A stretch of 64,000 nucleotides of DNA from a virus (taxonomy: Duplodnaviria; Heunggongvirae; Uroviricota; Caudoviricetes): IMG/VR virus record IMGVR_UViG_3300008113_000007, positions 1 through 64,000 of that record; one strand, given 5' to 3'. The position numbers were made by a program, and so were the translations under genes. This document shows, piece after piece, positions 45,101 to 53,800 of this stretch. How positions within the stretch are numbered: position 1 is the first letter of the stretch; each line of letters opens with the position of its first letter. The notes under the pieces are model-generated. The model made no database searches, was not told the DNA's origin, and saw only the letters and a program-made list of their open reading frames with translations.

Positions 45101-47015
45101 TTAAGCCAGAGCTACCAGAGCTTCCAGAAGATCCAGTGCTACCAGATGAACCGGTGCTTCCTGATGTGCCCGAAGAGCCGTCCTGCCCGCTGCTACCAGA
45201 AGAGCCTGTGCTTCCGCTTGTGCCCGAGCTACCTGTGATACCCGAGCTACCGGAACTACCAGTAGAGCCGCTAGTTCCAGTAGAACCAGAAGAGCCGGAG
45301 GATCCTCTCGTTCCCGAAGATCCACTAGAACCGCTAGAACCATTTGTTCCGTTCTTCGCAAACGAGAGGACTACGGTGTCTGCCAAATCTAAGTTGAAGC
45401 TTCCTGTAGTCAACAATATGTTTACGTCCAACCTGACAAATCCTATTTCGTCAGTGGCGTTGGTTATCACGAAGTTCGCGAAGTTCGTTCCGCCGTTTGC
45501 CGCACTCTTTATCATTAAAGTTCCACTGTCCCAAGAGTTGAGCAGCACCTCGTTGTCGACAGAGTTCGCGTCAATGTCGTTTATGAGTACCTCGTAGACT
45601 GTGAGTACCGTCGAACTCCTTCTGAACTTTATGTTTCCGGTGCCAGGATCGACGTTTGTTCCTGATATTATGTAGTTGTAGAGAAGACCGCTTGCCTCTC
45701 CCTGTGCACCAGACGTGCCGGAAGTGCCGGAACTACCAGTGGATCCCGAAGAACCAGAGGAACCTCTCGTACCGGAAGAGCCTGACGAGCCGGAACTTCC
45801 TGATGTTCCGGTCGAACCTGAAGAGCCGGATGAACCTGTTGAACCCGATGAACCTGTTGAACCCGAAGATCCTGTCGATCCTGAGCTACCTGTTGAACCA
45901 GAGCTGCCCGAGGTTCCTGACGAACCGTTTTGGCCGCTTGATCCGGATGAGCCAGTAGAACCTGAGGATCCAGAACTGCCGGACGTTCCGGAAGAGCCAG
46001 TCGAACCCGAGCTACCGGTCGAACCCGAGCTACCGGTCGAACCGGAAGTTCCTGAAGAACCATCCTGACCACTCGACCCTGAGCTGCCGCTCGAACCCGT
46101 GCTACCTGAAGTTCCGCTGCTACCTGAAGAACCACTGGAACCCGAAATTCCACTGGAACCTGATGTGCCCGAAGTTCCTGATAGATTTGCCGCCAATGTA
46201 GTAACTATGTTCGAAAGCGTGGAGTCTCTCATCTCTATCGAGAACGCCGTGTTGAATCCGGTTGTCCTGACGTAGACGGATACTCTGATCCTTGAAGAAA
46301 CCGATGAAAGGACGTACGAAGGAACGTATTTCGTGTAGATGTAGTTCGATTGGACGTTCGTTATGTTCGTCGCGGACGATGAGTTTCCAGATGCTATCGT
46401 GCCGATTAACGTAGTACCATCGGATGCGACCTCGTCTATTATTATCCAGTAGCCCAAAGTGCCCGTGCCCGAAGTCCTTTGTGCGAACAAATTGTTCACC
46501 CAAAGACCCGGAATTATGGTTGTTGTGAGTAAGTCCACTGCCGGTGTCACAAAGCTGGCTATCAGCACGTTGTCGTCTGTCGGTGATAAGTTGCTTATCG
46601 TTATCTTTGACTGGGTCGACGTGTTCGGTGTCAACGAAAGATTGTCGTTTATCGGTGTAAGCGGAAGTGACTGAGTGTTGTTTTCGCCGTCGTAGTAATA
46701 AACCAAACCACCCGAGATACCGTTTATACCGTCGATGCCAGAAGTCCCTGATGATCCTGAAGAGCCAGATGTGCCCGAGGAGCCGCTAGTTCCTGAAGTT
46801 CCTGATGAACCTGAAGAGCCGGAACTTCCGGTAGAGCCCGAAGAGCCTGTAGTCCCTGAAGTGCCGGAAGAGCCGCTAGTTCCGGAAGACCCTGCCGGTC
46901 CAATTTCGCTTAGGCCGATTGTCATCCAGGCATAGCCGTCCCATTTCCAGGACTCGCCTGTTGAGAGTGTGTATACTTGGCCTATCGACGGCGACGTTGG
47001 AAAGCTAATCGGCAT
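42114..47015 (-). CDS. giant fiber protein (1633 aa) with collagen-like (G-S/T-S/T)n segments, globular inserts, and one C-terminal fiber-repeat module
   Basis: Continuous ORF; long 'GSSGTSGSTGSSG...' tracts; C-terminal 'NANTTTVPLIIASGSSTQDLVRITQTGTGNAFVVEDSANPDGTMFVINSIGSVGIG' homologous to the modules in the 2179-aa protein. Confidence 0.8.
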   Translation of the reverse strand: MPISFPTSPSIGQVYTLSTGESWKWDGYAWMTIGLSEIGPAGSSGTSGSSGTSGTTGSSGSTGSSGSSGSSGTSGTSGSSGTSGSSGSSGTSGIDGINGISGGLVYYYDGENNTQSLPLTPINDNLSLTPNTSTQSKITISNLSPTDDNVLIASFVTPAVDLLTTTIIPGLWVNNLFAQRTSGTGTLGYWIIIDEVASDGTTLIGTIASGNSSSATNITNVQSNYIYTKYVPSYVLSSVSSRIRVSVYVRTTGFNTAFSIEMRDSTLSNIVTTLAANLSGTSGTSGSSGISGSSGSSGSSGTSGSTGSSGSSGSSGQDGSSGTSGSTGSSGSTGSSGSTGSSGTSGSSGSSGSTGSSGSSGQNGSSGTSGSSGSTGSSGSTGSSGSTGSSGSTGSSGSSGSTGTSGSSGSSGSSGTRGSSGSSGSTGSSGTSGTSGAQGEASGLLYNYIISGTNVDPGTGNIKFRRSSTVLTVYEVLINDIDANSVDNEVLLNSWDSGTLMIKSAANGGTNFANFVITNATDEIGFVRLDVNILLTTGSFNLDLADTVVLSFAKNGTNGSSGSSGSSGTRGSSGSSGSTGTSGSTGSSGSSGITGSSGTSGSTGSSGSSGQDGSSGTSGSTGSSGSTGSSGSSGSSGLTGSSGTAGSTGSSGSSGQDGSSGTSGSSGSSGSTGSSGSSGSTGTSGSSGSTGSSGSSGENGSSGTSGSTGSSGSTGSSGSTGSSGSSGSTGSSGSSGSSGENGSSGTSGSSGSSGSTGSSGSSGSTGTSGSSGSTGSSGSSGENGSSGTSGSTGSSGSTGSSGSSGSTGTSGSSGQDGSSGTSGSSGSSGSTGSSGSAGTSGSSGSTGSSGSSGESGSSGTSGSSGSSGENGSSGTSGSSGSTGSSGSTGSSGSTGSSGSSGSSGESGSSGTSGSSGSSGSTGSSGSSGSTGTSGSTGSSGSSGSSGETGSSGTSGSSGSSGTSGSTGSSGSSGETGLSGSSGTSGSTGSSGTSGSSGSSGSSGSTGSSGSSGETGSSGTSGSTGSSGSSGSSGETGSSGSSGSSGESGSSGTSGSSGSSGSSGSTGSSGSSGSSGETGSSGTSGSSGSTGSSGTSGSTGSSGSSGETGSSGFSGSSGTSGSSGFSGSSGSAGSSGSSGETGSSGTSGSSGSSGTSGSAGSSGSSGSTGSSGSAGTSGSSGSTGSSGTSGFGVPAGGTSGQVLAKIDATDYNTQWVDQTGGAGSGSSGTSGSSGSSGSSGSSGESGSSGTSGSSGSSGTSGTSLSITGETNKLVKFTSTTTIGTSSIIDTGSSITLPYTTNIYGDLYVALNSSRAARLLISSINSGDTDTSFFSWKNNNHAWTSNIQYNGSTFIKDEVGMGSWLVSQSVGTSTNDNKIEFGYIAPSGTTPSNVMEIFQNTLKLNANTTTVPLIIASGSSTQDLVRITQTGTGNAFVVEDSANPDGTMFVINSIGSVGIGANPAAGRLYVQDSTNPAIYGYSTNGTGIVGVGTGANAGVKGQGDIGVYGIAQSDTGTQIGVQGFAIENDTGSGTYIGAYFVAGSANGTNYSIRLVDGTEGVDKLLTSVSSDGKANWKSDISVTSLRISNTPTYSTTNTQILTRDTSGYVNYSDSTSPALFNYGMTYVMTNFNYLT

Positions 47016-47018
47016 CTT

Positions 47019-48233
47019 TTATCTGTAGTATTTTATGTTCACACCTGTCCTGAACTTGGCGGTGTTGCTTGTCGCCTTTATGCAGACCCACCATTCCTCA
47101 GAGGTCTGGTCGATCCTGTATCCTAGTGAGAACGCGCTGTCATCCATGTTCGCCTTCTCTTGCGAAAGAGCGCCCGCCTTGCCCATGAAGCTGCCGATCA
47201 CGAAGCCCTCCTGTGCGACGGTGAGTGTGCCCGTTCCGAAAGAATACTCTATTGGCGAGTTCGCTATCTGCGTCCAGTTCGAAGTGTCGGACAGTGTCGG
47301 TGCTTTCTGCAAGGTCACCAGGTAGTTGTCGTTTGACGTCTGCAGAACGTCTATCGCAGATAGCATCGCCGAGACGCCGAGCTGCCTCTGGCTGGTCGAC
47401 AGCCTGATGCCAAGTACCGCGTAGTCGACGCCTCCGGTCAACAAAGTCCTCTCCGTGAAGTCGGTAATCGAGACCGTCCTGTAGAGTGAGTTTATGGAAC
47501 CCTCCATCGAGACGCCAGAGCATATCATGCCGAACGTGCCGCTTCCTGTGCCGTTCTGCCTAATCTCGTATCTTATAGGCTTGTTCGGGTTGTCCATGTA
47601 CACCGTCGAAAGGTTGTTCATGCCGGTGTGCTCGTAGAATAGTCTCGGTGTCCCATCGATGACCATGTAGAACCTTAGTCTGCCGACGCCTAGCCACTGG
47701 AAGTCCACGAACATCAGCTGTGTCTTCGTCCAGTCTATCTGCGAAACGTCGTAGTCGGTGTCTAACCAGGTGGAAGATGTTGCCGTCAGCACGTTGGTTC
47801 CGCCCTTCCATATCTGGAAGCTTATCGAATTGTTTGTTCCGTTCGACTCGAGGAAGAATCCGTCGAAGCCGTTACCGTAGTTGCTGGCGGTGCCCGATGT
47901 GTAGTAGCCGACCCTCTTGATTACGTTCGACTGCGTCGCGAAGTTGGTGAAGGACGCCTCTACCAGCTGGCTTTTTCCGGACTGGTAAGGCGCGGCCTTA
48001 ATGGATTGCCTCACCACGTAGTCGCTGTTGGTAGAGGTCGACATCGTCACGCAAGCATCCGCCCACGAGGCCGTTCCGTTTCCGCCGTTCTTCTCGTCTA
48101 TGAAAAGTGGTAGTTTGTCGTACAAATGCTTCAGGTCCAGCAACGTCGTCGTCTGCGATACCCTTAGCCTGCTGAAGGCGTCGAGGTTCGCTGAGTCGCT
48201 GTACTTTATTTCGTTGCTGTAGACGTAAGACAT
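47019..48233 (-). CDS. virion structural protein (beta-rich), function unknown
   Basis: 404-aa ORF in the fiber operon; Ser/Thr/Gly/Asn-rich. Confidence 0.45.
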   Translation of the reverse strand: MSYVYSNEIKYSDSANLDAFSRLRVSQTTTLLDLKHLYDKLPLFIDEKNGGNGTASWADACVTMSTSTNSDYVVRQSIKAAPYQSGKSQLVEASFTNFATQSNVIKRVGYYTSGTASNYGNGFDGFFLESNGTNNSISFQIWKGGTNVLTATSSTWLDTDYDVSQIDWTKTQLMFVDFQWLGVGRLRFYMVIDGTPRLFYEHTGMNNLSTVYMDNPNKPIRYEIRQNGTGSGTFGMICSGVSMEGSINSLYRTVSITDFTERTLLTGGVDYAVLGIRLSTSQRQLGVSAMLSAIDVLQTSNDNYLVTLQKAPTLSDTSNWTQIANSPIEYSFGTGTLTVAQEGFVIGSFMGKAGALSQEKANMDDSAFSLGYRIDQTSEEWWVCIKATSNTAKFRTGVNIKYYR

Positions 48234-48236
48234 ATT

Positions 48237-49028
48237 CTATATTGTTTTCCAGGATGAGTTTCTGTACATGAACGTCAGCGACATCCTGTCCATCTTCATC
48301 AGCACGCTCTGCTCGCCGTTTATGAGTTGTGACGCCGTACCCTGCACCTTTATACCCCTACCGTATTTATTTATACCGCCTACTTCGTCCGCTATGGTTA
48401 TGAACTTTCCGTCGTTTTCCGGAGAGGTTCCGTAAGGTAGTGTCACCGTACATTGGCCGCCCATGTATACTACGCCCAGGTAGTCGTAAAGGAACGACGC
48501 CGAGTACGCAGGGCCCGTTATCTCGCCGGTGCTGTTCTTCATCGAGGTCAGCTGGGTAGGCTGCATCCAGTTGTAGCTCGATCCGTCGTAGACCCAGACG
48601 TACTCCTTTCCTGTGTCGCTGTCTATCCACCTCGAGCCGAGAACCGTCGGGTCCACTACCGGCCTGCCTGGCTGGAAGTAGAAAGGCGCGTACTGGCCTT
48701 CAACGAACAGATCCCAGCTGGCAGTCGCCACGTCGGGCGAAAGATAAGGCGGCGATCCGACAATCGGTCCGACGCACACGTACGCGCTTCCGTTGTACTG
48801 AACGACGTCTTTGTCGAAGTACAGCATCATGTCGTCCCAGTCGCCCATCCAGTTGAACGATGAGCCTGCCGGGCCGGTCGGCCCTTGTGGACCAATAGAA
48901 GCGGTACCCGCGCCGAGGTCGAGTAGGTTTCCGAACCCGTCGTAGTAGGTGTCCGGGCTTCCGTGGATTACCTGGACTATACGTCCGTAGGAACCTGAGA
49001 CGGTGACGCCGGTCAAATCATAACTCAT
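48237..49028 (-). CDS. fiber-like protein sharing the N-terminal anchor motif with the 2179-aa protein; contains a short collagen-like 'GPQGPTGPAG' stretch
   Basis: 'GRIVQVIHGSPDTYYDGFGNLLDLGAG' versus the giant N-terminus 'GRLVQIINGVYYDGFGNVLNIGSAG'. Confidence 0.5.
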   Translation of the reverse strand: MSYDLTGVTVSGSYGRIVQVIHGSPDTYYDGFGNLLDLGAGTASIGPQGPTGPAGSSFNWMGDWDDMMLYFDKDVVQYNGSAYVCVGPIVGSPPYLSPDVATASWDLFVEGQYAPFYFQPGRPVVDPTVLGSRWIDSDTGKEYVWVYDGSSYNWMQPTQLTSMKNSTGEITGPAYSASFLYDYLGVVYMGGQCTVTLPYGTSPENDGKFITIADEVGGINKYGRGIKVQGTASQLINGEQSVLMKMDRMSLTFMYRNSSWKTI

Positions 49029-49069
49029 TCCTTATATATTAACTATCATGAGTCTAGCCCTGCATTTAT

Positions 49070-49081
49070 TAATATATAAAC
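49070..49081 (+). promoter_or_regulatory. TAATATATAAAC late-promoter-like box upstream of the 49098 gene; a mirror-orientation box at ~49031-49044 serves the minus-strand fiber operon
   Basis: Divergent arrangement of the motif family. Confidence 0.35.
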
Positions 49082-49097
49082 GAAAAAATAGGGCCAT

Positions 49098-49487
49098 ATG
49101 CCAATAGTTCACTCGAACCTTCTCAACGCGGATCTGAACTGGACCGACCAGGAGTACGCGGCTAAGAAGAAGTACCTAAAGTGGGAAGAGGTCACACTGA
49201 ATTGGGAGGACGTAGAACTCACGTGGGACGAAGTATTCATAGTGCTGGAGCTTGTCCGCAGAGGAGGAGGAGGCGGCTCCTACCGCGACGAGTACGAGAA
49301 AGGCAATCCATGGAGGAAGATGGCCAAAGACCTCGGCGAGGAGAACACGAAAAAGGTCATAAAGCTTTACTGCAGGGTTCGCGGCGTCGAGTACGAGGAC
49401 ATAAAGGAGCCGATGGAAGACGTGAAGGTCACAGTCGGCGAGTTCACCAGGTTCATCAACGAGGTCAGGGTAAAAGTTGGCATTTAA
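49098..49487 (+). CDS. hypothetical protein
   Basis: ORF only. Confidence 0.4.
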   Translation: MPIVHSNLLNADLNWTDQEYAAKKKYLKWEEVTLNWEDVELTWDEVFIVLELVRRGGGGGSYRDEYEKGNPWRKMAKDLGEENTKKVIKLYCRVRGVEYEDIKEPMEDVKVTVGEFTRFINEVRVKVGI

Positions 49488-49504
49488 AATTGAATATATA
49501 AGTC

Positions 49505-50287
49505 ATGGAAAACGATAAAGATGTATTTAGATTCGAGGATTTCGTCGATGTTGACAAGCTACAGAAGATGAAGTCAAACCTGTTGAGAGAAGGCATTCTC
49601 AGCGAGGACGAAAGAGATGACTTCGAGGACGAAGAGATTGACCCGTCTTTGAATCCGTATAACGTAGGTCGCGGAGACAGCGTCGACTACGATGCCGTCG
49701 CGGATGCTATGAGGCAGTCTTACGGCGACGCCGTTATGAACAACATCGAGGACTTCGAGAAGTCCAAGTCGTACACCGGAACCACAGACACCGCCGAGTA
49801 CGTCGACCAGTTCTCGACATACATGAACTTCTTCGGATCCGGGGAGACCGAGGATGACTACGAGGACGAGGAGCACTTCGACTTCCACAACGAGAGCAAC
49901 GAAGTCGAAGACTATTACAAGCTCTACAAGGACAAGGCTGAGGAGTTCACCTGCGACATCGCCATCGAAGGAGTTAAGCAAGAGGACACCGAGGTCAGGC
50001 TCATAGTCGAGAGCGATGAGTGGACGCTTATGTTCACAGGAGAGGTGAGGAAAGGCCAGTGCGTCATACCTATGAAGAAACTCAGCATACTGAACGAGGG
50101 AGCTACGGGTACCATCCGACTCGAGGTGAACGCTGACGGAACTCTTTTCACGCCGTGGGAAGACACTTTCATCGTGAAGGCTTCGAAGAAGGTCACTGTA
50201 CAGGTGAACGAGAGCAAGTCATCCAAAAACAAGAAACCCGCCACCAAAAAGGCGCCGGGTGTCAGTGTGAAGGTGAGAAGATCATAG
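49505..50287 (+). CDS. highly acidic hypothetical protein
   Basis: Asp/Glu-rich 260-aa ORF. Confidence 0.45.
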   Translation: MENDKDVFRFEDFVDVDKLQKMKSNLLREGILSEDERDDFEDEEIDPSLNPYNVGRGDSVDYDAVADAMRQSYGDAVMNNIEDFEKSKSYTGTTDTAEYVDQFSTYMNFFGSGETEDDYEDEEHFDFHNESNEVEDYYKLYKDKAEEFTCDIAIEGVKQEDTEVRLIVESDEWTLMFTGEVRKGQCVIPMKKLSILNEGATGTIRLEVNADGTLFTPWEDTFIVKASKKVTVQVNESKSSKNKKPATKKAPGVSVKVRRS

Positions 50288-52399
50288 GAAACTTACCCAA
50301 CCTTTCTCTACTATCTTAGAAATAACGTCGTTCGCGCGAATTGACTTCGTGCATTCGAACTGCCTGTCGGTTCCTTGGTGGTCCGGGCACCAGTTCCAAT
50401 CTCCAGGGTTGAACCTGTGCCTGTTGTAGCATCCGTTGCAAACGTCACCGTTGAAGATCCTTATGACGTCGTCGCCCTCGAACTCCGACTGCGGCGTGCT
50501 GAAGCCCGATATGAGTACGGTCCTTATTCCCAGTGTCCATGCAAGCCAGCTCAGACCCGATCCCAGTCCTATGAACATCTGGCACGAAAGTATCTCCGAC
50601 TTCAAGGTCTCGAAGTCACCCGGTGGCAGGACACTTGCGCCAGTAGGGTAGCTGTTGCCCATATACCCATCGCCTTCGTTAGACAGTACTATCACCTCGT
50701 ATCCTATCGATGTTAGGAAGTTTGTGACCTCCTGCCACCCGGTCGGGTTGTTCCAGTATTTTGGCTGCGCTGTAGAGTGCACTCCAATTCCTACCCTTTT
50801 CCTTTTCGCGAAGTCGACCGGCTTCAGCTTGGCACGCGTCTGTACGTAGTCCAGACCGAGAATGTCCGCCGCGGTCTGCGAGAGTGGCAGCTTTTTGAAC
50901 TCTCTCGGGTGGTATTGTGGGTGGTGAGAATCTCCTTCGAAGTACCAGCCTATATTGAACATAGCGTATATCCCGTGAACCACGGTACCCGGTGGTACGA
51001 ACTGTATCTCGGGATAGGATTCGACGAACTGCTCGTTCATGAAGGTTGAGCATACGACTTCGCAATTCCACTTCTTTCGAAAATTGTCTACCTGTGGGAA
51101 CCAGGCCATAGTGTCGCCCAGAGACTTAGAGTCTAAGCTGATTAGTACTCTTTTACCCGTAGGGTTGAATTCTTCCTCGAAAACTCGACCGTCGGATTCG
51201 CGGACGAACCTTATGTGCCAGTCTGCCGCGAACTTGAGAGTCGCCTTGGCCCAGCAGTCGTTGCCCACAATCGAGCTATAGTGCACGATACCGGTGCTTC
51301 TGTCTGTGAACGTGACGTGGAAGGTGTCGCCCGGTGCGTCGTGTATGTGCGCGTAAGGCCCGTCAACGAAGTTCACCGTGAAAGATGGGTCGATTTTCCT
51401 TATTTCCGAGTTTCTTTGAACGCCGTAGTAGAGGTTGCTCACGCCAAGCTCCGAGTGTGCGGTCAGTATCGCCTTAGCCGCCTGCTCTACGTCGTCCTCG
51501 AAGTAGGTGGCCACCCCGTCGTACTCGTTCTCGTATGTATCCAGGTTGCGTATCGCCAGAGGCAATCCGAAGCTTCTCGCCTCCTTCAGTGAAAGCGGGT
51601 TCAGCTCGAACAAAGAAGGAAATACGAAAACGTCTGCGGCCTTGTAGAACTCATCGACGTCGCTCCTCTCGCCGTGCCAGGTGCAGTTGTCGGGAAGGTT
51701 TTCCATTATCGGCCTCCAGTAGTCACTGAAGTTGTCTGCTTGGTTTCCAACGAAGTGGAACTCGACGTTCGGGTTGTAGTTCTTCATGAACTTGGCCACC
51801 TCGACGATGAACGACTGGTTCTTTCCCGGAGTGAAAAGACCTACGTGTAGGACGTGTATCGTTCCGTACTGGTCGTCGAAGCCGAGCCGGTTCTTGGCAG
51901 CGCCTTTGTCGTAGGTTATAGTCTCGACCGGGTATTCCCAGACGCTGCACATCTCGTTGCCGAACTCTGCAGCGAACCTGCGGTGGCTCCAGTTTGAAAC
52001 CAGCACGTACCTGTCTGGAATGTAACGTATCTTCGCCGGGTTCGTGTATGAAGAGTGCGTCGTTACGACAATGTCGTACGTCCTGTCGTCGTACCATACA
52101 GCGTTCAGTATGTCCAAGGGTACGAAAGTCTCCGGTATCTCCTGGAAGTGTATTATGTCCGGCTCGACGGAATCGATAAGCCTGAGGAACTCGTACTTTT
52201 CCTCGCCCAGCGTGACCAGTCGGTCACCGATCAAATTCTGTATCCTGTTTCTTTGCACGACGAGGACACCGCCGGTGATGTTGTCCCATTCCACGCACCA
52301 CACCTCGTACTCGCCCATCATCGACTCTATCTGCCTCACCGTGTACTGTGGCAGGCCGCCAGTCGAAAGGTGCGGCACGACGATTATTAACTTTTTCAT
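50282..52399 (-). CDS. bifunctional glycosyltransferase: N-terminal GT4 (GT-B) domain plus C-terminal GT9 heptosyltransferase-like domain. The probable true start is MKKLIIVV (approx. nt 52398); track ORF 50282..52609 has a ~70-aa upstream extension
   Basis: GT4 EX7E-type motif 'FPSLFELNPLSLKEARSFGLPL'; GT9-like N-terminal 'SLGDTMAW' and 'KYWNNPTGWQEVTNFLTSIGYEVIVLS' (compare RfaF/RfaC); Cys-rich 'CNGCYNRHRFNPGDWNWCPDH' reminiscent of adhesin heptosyltransferases. The upstream 70 aa are low-complexity and precede an in-frame ATG with a TATATATA box. Confidence 0.65.
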   Translation of the reverse strand: MKKLIIVVPHLSTGGLPQYTVRQIESMMGEYEVWCVEWDNITGGVLVVQRNRIQNLIGDRLVTLGEEKYEFLRLIDSVEPDIIHFQEIPETFVPLDILNAVWYDDRTYDIVVTTHSSYTNPAKIRYIPDRYVLVSNWSHRRFAAEFGNEMCSVWEYPVETITYDKGAAKNRLGFDDQYGTIHVLHVGLFTPGKNQSFIVEVAKFMKNYNPNVEFHFVGNQADNFSDYWRPIMENLPDNCTWHGERSDVDEFYKAADVFVFPSLFELNPLSLKEARSFGLPLAIRNLDTYENEYDGVATYFEDDVEQAAKAILTAHSELGVSNLYYGVQRNSEIRKIDPSFTVNFVDGPYAHIHDAPGDTFHVTFTDRSTGIVHYSSIVGNDCWAKATLKFAADWHIRFVRESDGRVFEEEFNPTGKRVLISLDSKSLGDTMAWFPQVDNFRKKWNCEVVCSTFMNEQFVESYPEIQFVPPGTVVHGIYAMFNIGWYFEGDSHHPQYHPREFKKLPLSQTAADILGLDYVQTRAKLKPVDFAKRKRVGIGVHSTAQPKYWNNPTGWQEVTNFLTSIGYEVIVLSNEGDGYMGNSYPTGASVLPPGDFETLKSEILSCQMFIGLGSGLSWLAWTLGIRTVLISGFSTPQSEFEGDDVIRIFNGDVCNGCYNRHRFNPGDWNWCPDHQGTDRQFECTKSIRANDVISKIVEKGWVSFL

Positions 52400-52426
52400 A
52401 ACGATTATACTAAACCAAATGCCACT

Positions 52427-52440
52427 GGTTTTTATATATA
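52427..52440. promoter_or_regulatory. divergent TTTTATATATAATG box between the GT gene (minus) and the 52470 gene (plus)
   Basis: Palindromic TATATATA core can serve both strands. Confidence 0.35.
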
Positions 52441-52469
52441 ATGACGATTGATAAAAAACGAGAATCAAC

Positions 52470-53798
52470 ATGGCGAAACTAATAACACTTAACGACAACG
52501 AGGGATCCGAATTCCTGAACTCACTGCTCAGGGATGAGCTCATAGTAATAGAGGACGTGCAGGGTAGCAAGATCTGGATCAACTGGGACGGGAAAGACTT
52601 CGTCATCAAACCGAAGTCGATAAGCAGCGAGCCTATAAACCTGGTCGACCTGGCGATGCAGAACTTCTACAACGCCGCGTTCGACTATATGAGGTCTCTC
52701 GACAACAGGGTCAAGTCCCTGCTGAACAAAAAGTGGTGGTTTTGCTTCGAGTACTTCCCCGACAGCCAGCCGGCCAACATCGAGTACGACCGTATGCCGA
52801 AGAACGGCCTGGTGCTTACTTCGATATACAAGGGTGGCAAGTACGAGTTCAACGTAGAGGAGCTCGACGAGTACAGCAGGCTGCTCGATGTCGAGATGAT
52901 ACCCGTGATATTCCAGGGTAAGCTGACTGAACGCATGATAGAGGCGATAAAGTACTTCCTGAACACAAGCGAGGACGACCTCGAATACGTCTTCGGCGAG
53001 AAGAACTTCTCGTTCTTCTTCTACAAGATACTCAACCCGACGATAGACTCGTCTTTCCTTATGGACGACTCTTTCCAGGCCAACCTCGAGAAGCTCATAT
53101 TCAGGCTAGGCGACGGCGACAAGTCGTTCGAGCTTCTTAACCCGCTCTACAAAAGAGTGAGCGACGGCAACTCCACAGACTTCGTGGAGATATACACACT
53201 CATACTTATAAACTTTATGAACTTCTGCCAGTCAGTCGTTGTCGAGGATATAAAGCTTCGCGGTAAAACGCGTGAAGAGGCTTACATCTACCTCATATCA
53301 AAGCTTTACAACCTTTATCTATCTGAGGTCAAGGAAGATTTGCTGGATTTCGAGTTCACAATCCCTGAGTTTTTCGACAAGGACAAGTTCAAGATAAACT
53401 CTGAGCTGATAGAAAACAAGACTACGAGATCGTACATCGCCGAGAGCGACAAGCTGGAGTACATATTCAAGGTCATACTCGGATCGTTCAACAAGCGTAA
53501 GAAGAAGCCAATCGGCATATTCACTGACAGCACAGTCAACCTTTTCAACCTTTTCGTTTCACGTATATCCGACCACGTCGAGACTTACCTCAACAGGACT
53601 AACGAGGTCGAGCTCACGCGTGCCGGCCTTCTCGACTTCGGCGACTTCTTCGACATCAAGTACGACACCGACGCCGAGGGCGAGGTCTATCCGGACGTAT
53701 ACTCAGAGATTGAGAAGGGTGCGGACGAGAAGTCGAAGAAGAAAGGCATGAAGGGAAAGGTTCCTACGACAACTGACCAAGAAAAACCAGCGATATAG
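52470..53798 (+). CDS. hypothetical protein (442 aa)
   Basis: ORF; weak, unconvincing resemblance of 'EDVQGSKIWI' to the RNA-ligase motif-I region, but the lysine is not conserved. Confidence 0.45.
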   Translation: MAKLITLNDNEGSEFLNSLLRDELIVIEDVQGSKIWINWDGKDFVIKPKSISSEPINLVDLAMQNFYNAAFDYMRSLDNRVKSLLNKKWWFCFEYFPDSQPANIEYDRMPKNGLVLTSIYKGGKYEFNVEELDEYSRLLDVEMIPVIFQGKLTERMIEAIKYFLNTSEDDLEYVFGEKNFSFFFYKILNPTIDSSFLMDDSFQANLEKLIFRLGDGDKSFELLNPLYKRVSDGNSTDFVEIYTLILINFMNFCQSVVVEDIKLRGKTREEAYIYLISKLYNLYLSEVKEDLLDFEFTIPEFFDKDKFKINSELIENKTTRSYIAESDKLEYIFKVILGSFNKRKKKPIGIFTDSTVNLFNLFVSRISDHVETYLNRTNEVELTRAGLLDFGDFFDIKYDTDAEGEVYPDVYSEIEKGADEKSKKKGMKGKVPTTTDQEKPAI

Positions 53799-53800
53799 AT

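Noticed and set aside
43123-46935. ORFs 43471..45597 (+, 708 aa), 43409..45028 (-, 539 aa), 45668..46153 (-), 45715..46068 (+), 46735..46935 (+) and the Tyr/Arg/Asn-rich ORFs 43742..45238
   Set aside because: These are alternative-frame or antisense readings of the collagen-like repeat tracts inside the 1633-aa gene (42114..47015). They are compositional artefacts.
50282-52609. Full 775-aa ORF start for the GT4+GT9 gene and the 61147 start for the Fpg/Nei gene
   Set aside because: The first ~70 aa (GT gene) and ~30 aa (Fpg gene) are low-complexity read-through over promoter-box regions. Conserved family N-termini ('MKKLIIVV', 'MPELAEL' with catalytic Pro2) begin at internal ATGs, so shorter genes are annotated.
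52470-53798. Possible RNA ligase (Rnl2-like) assignment for the 442-aa protein
   Set aside because: Only a vague resemblance around 'EDVQGSKIWI'. The nucleotidyl-transfer lysine of motif I (KxHG/KxDG) is not present, so the protein is left as hypothetical.
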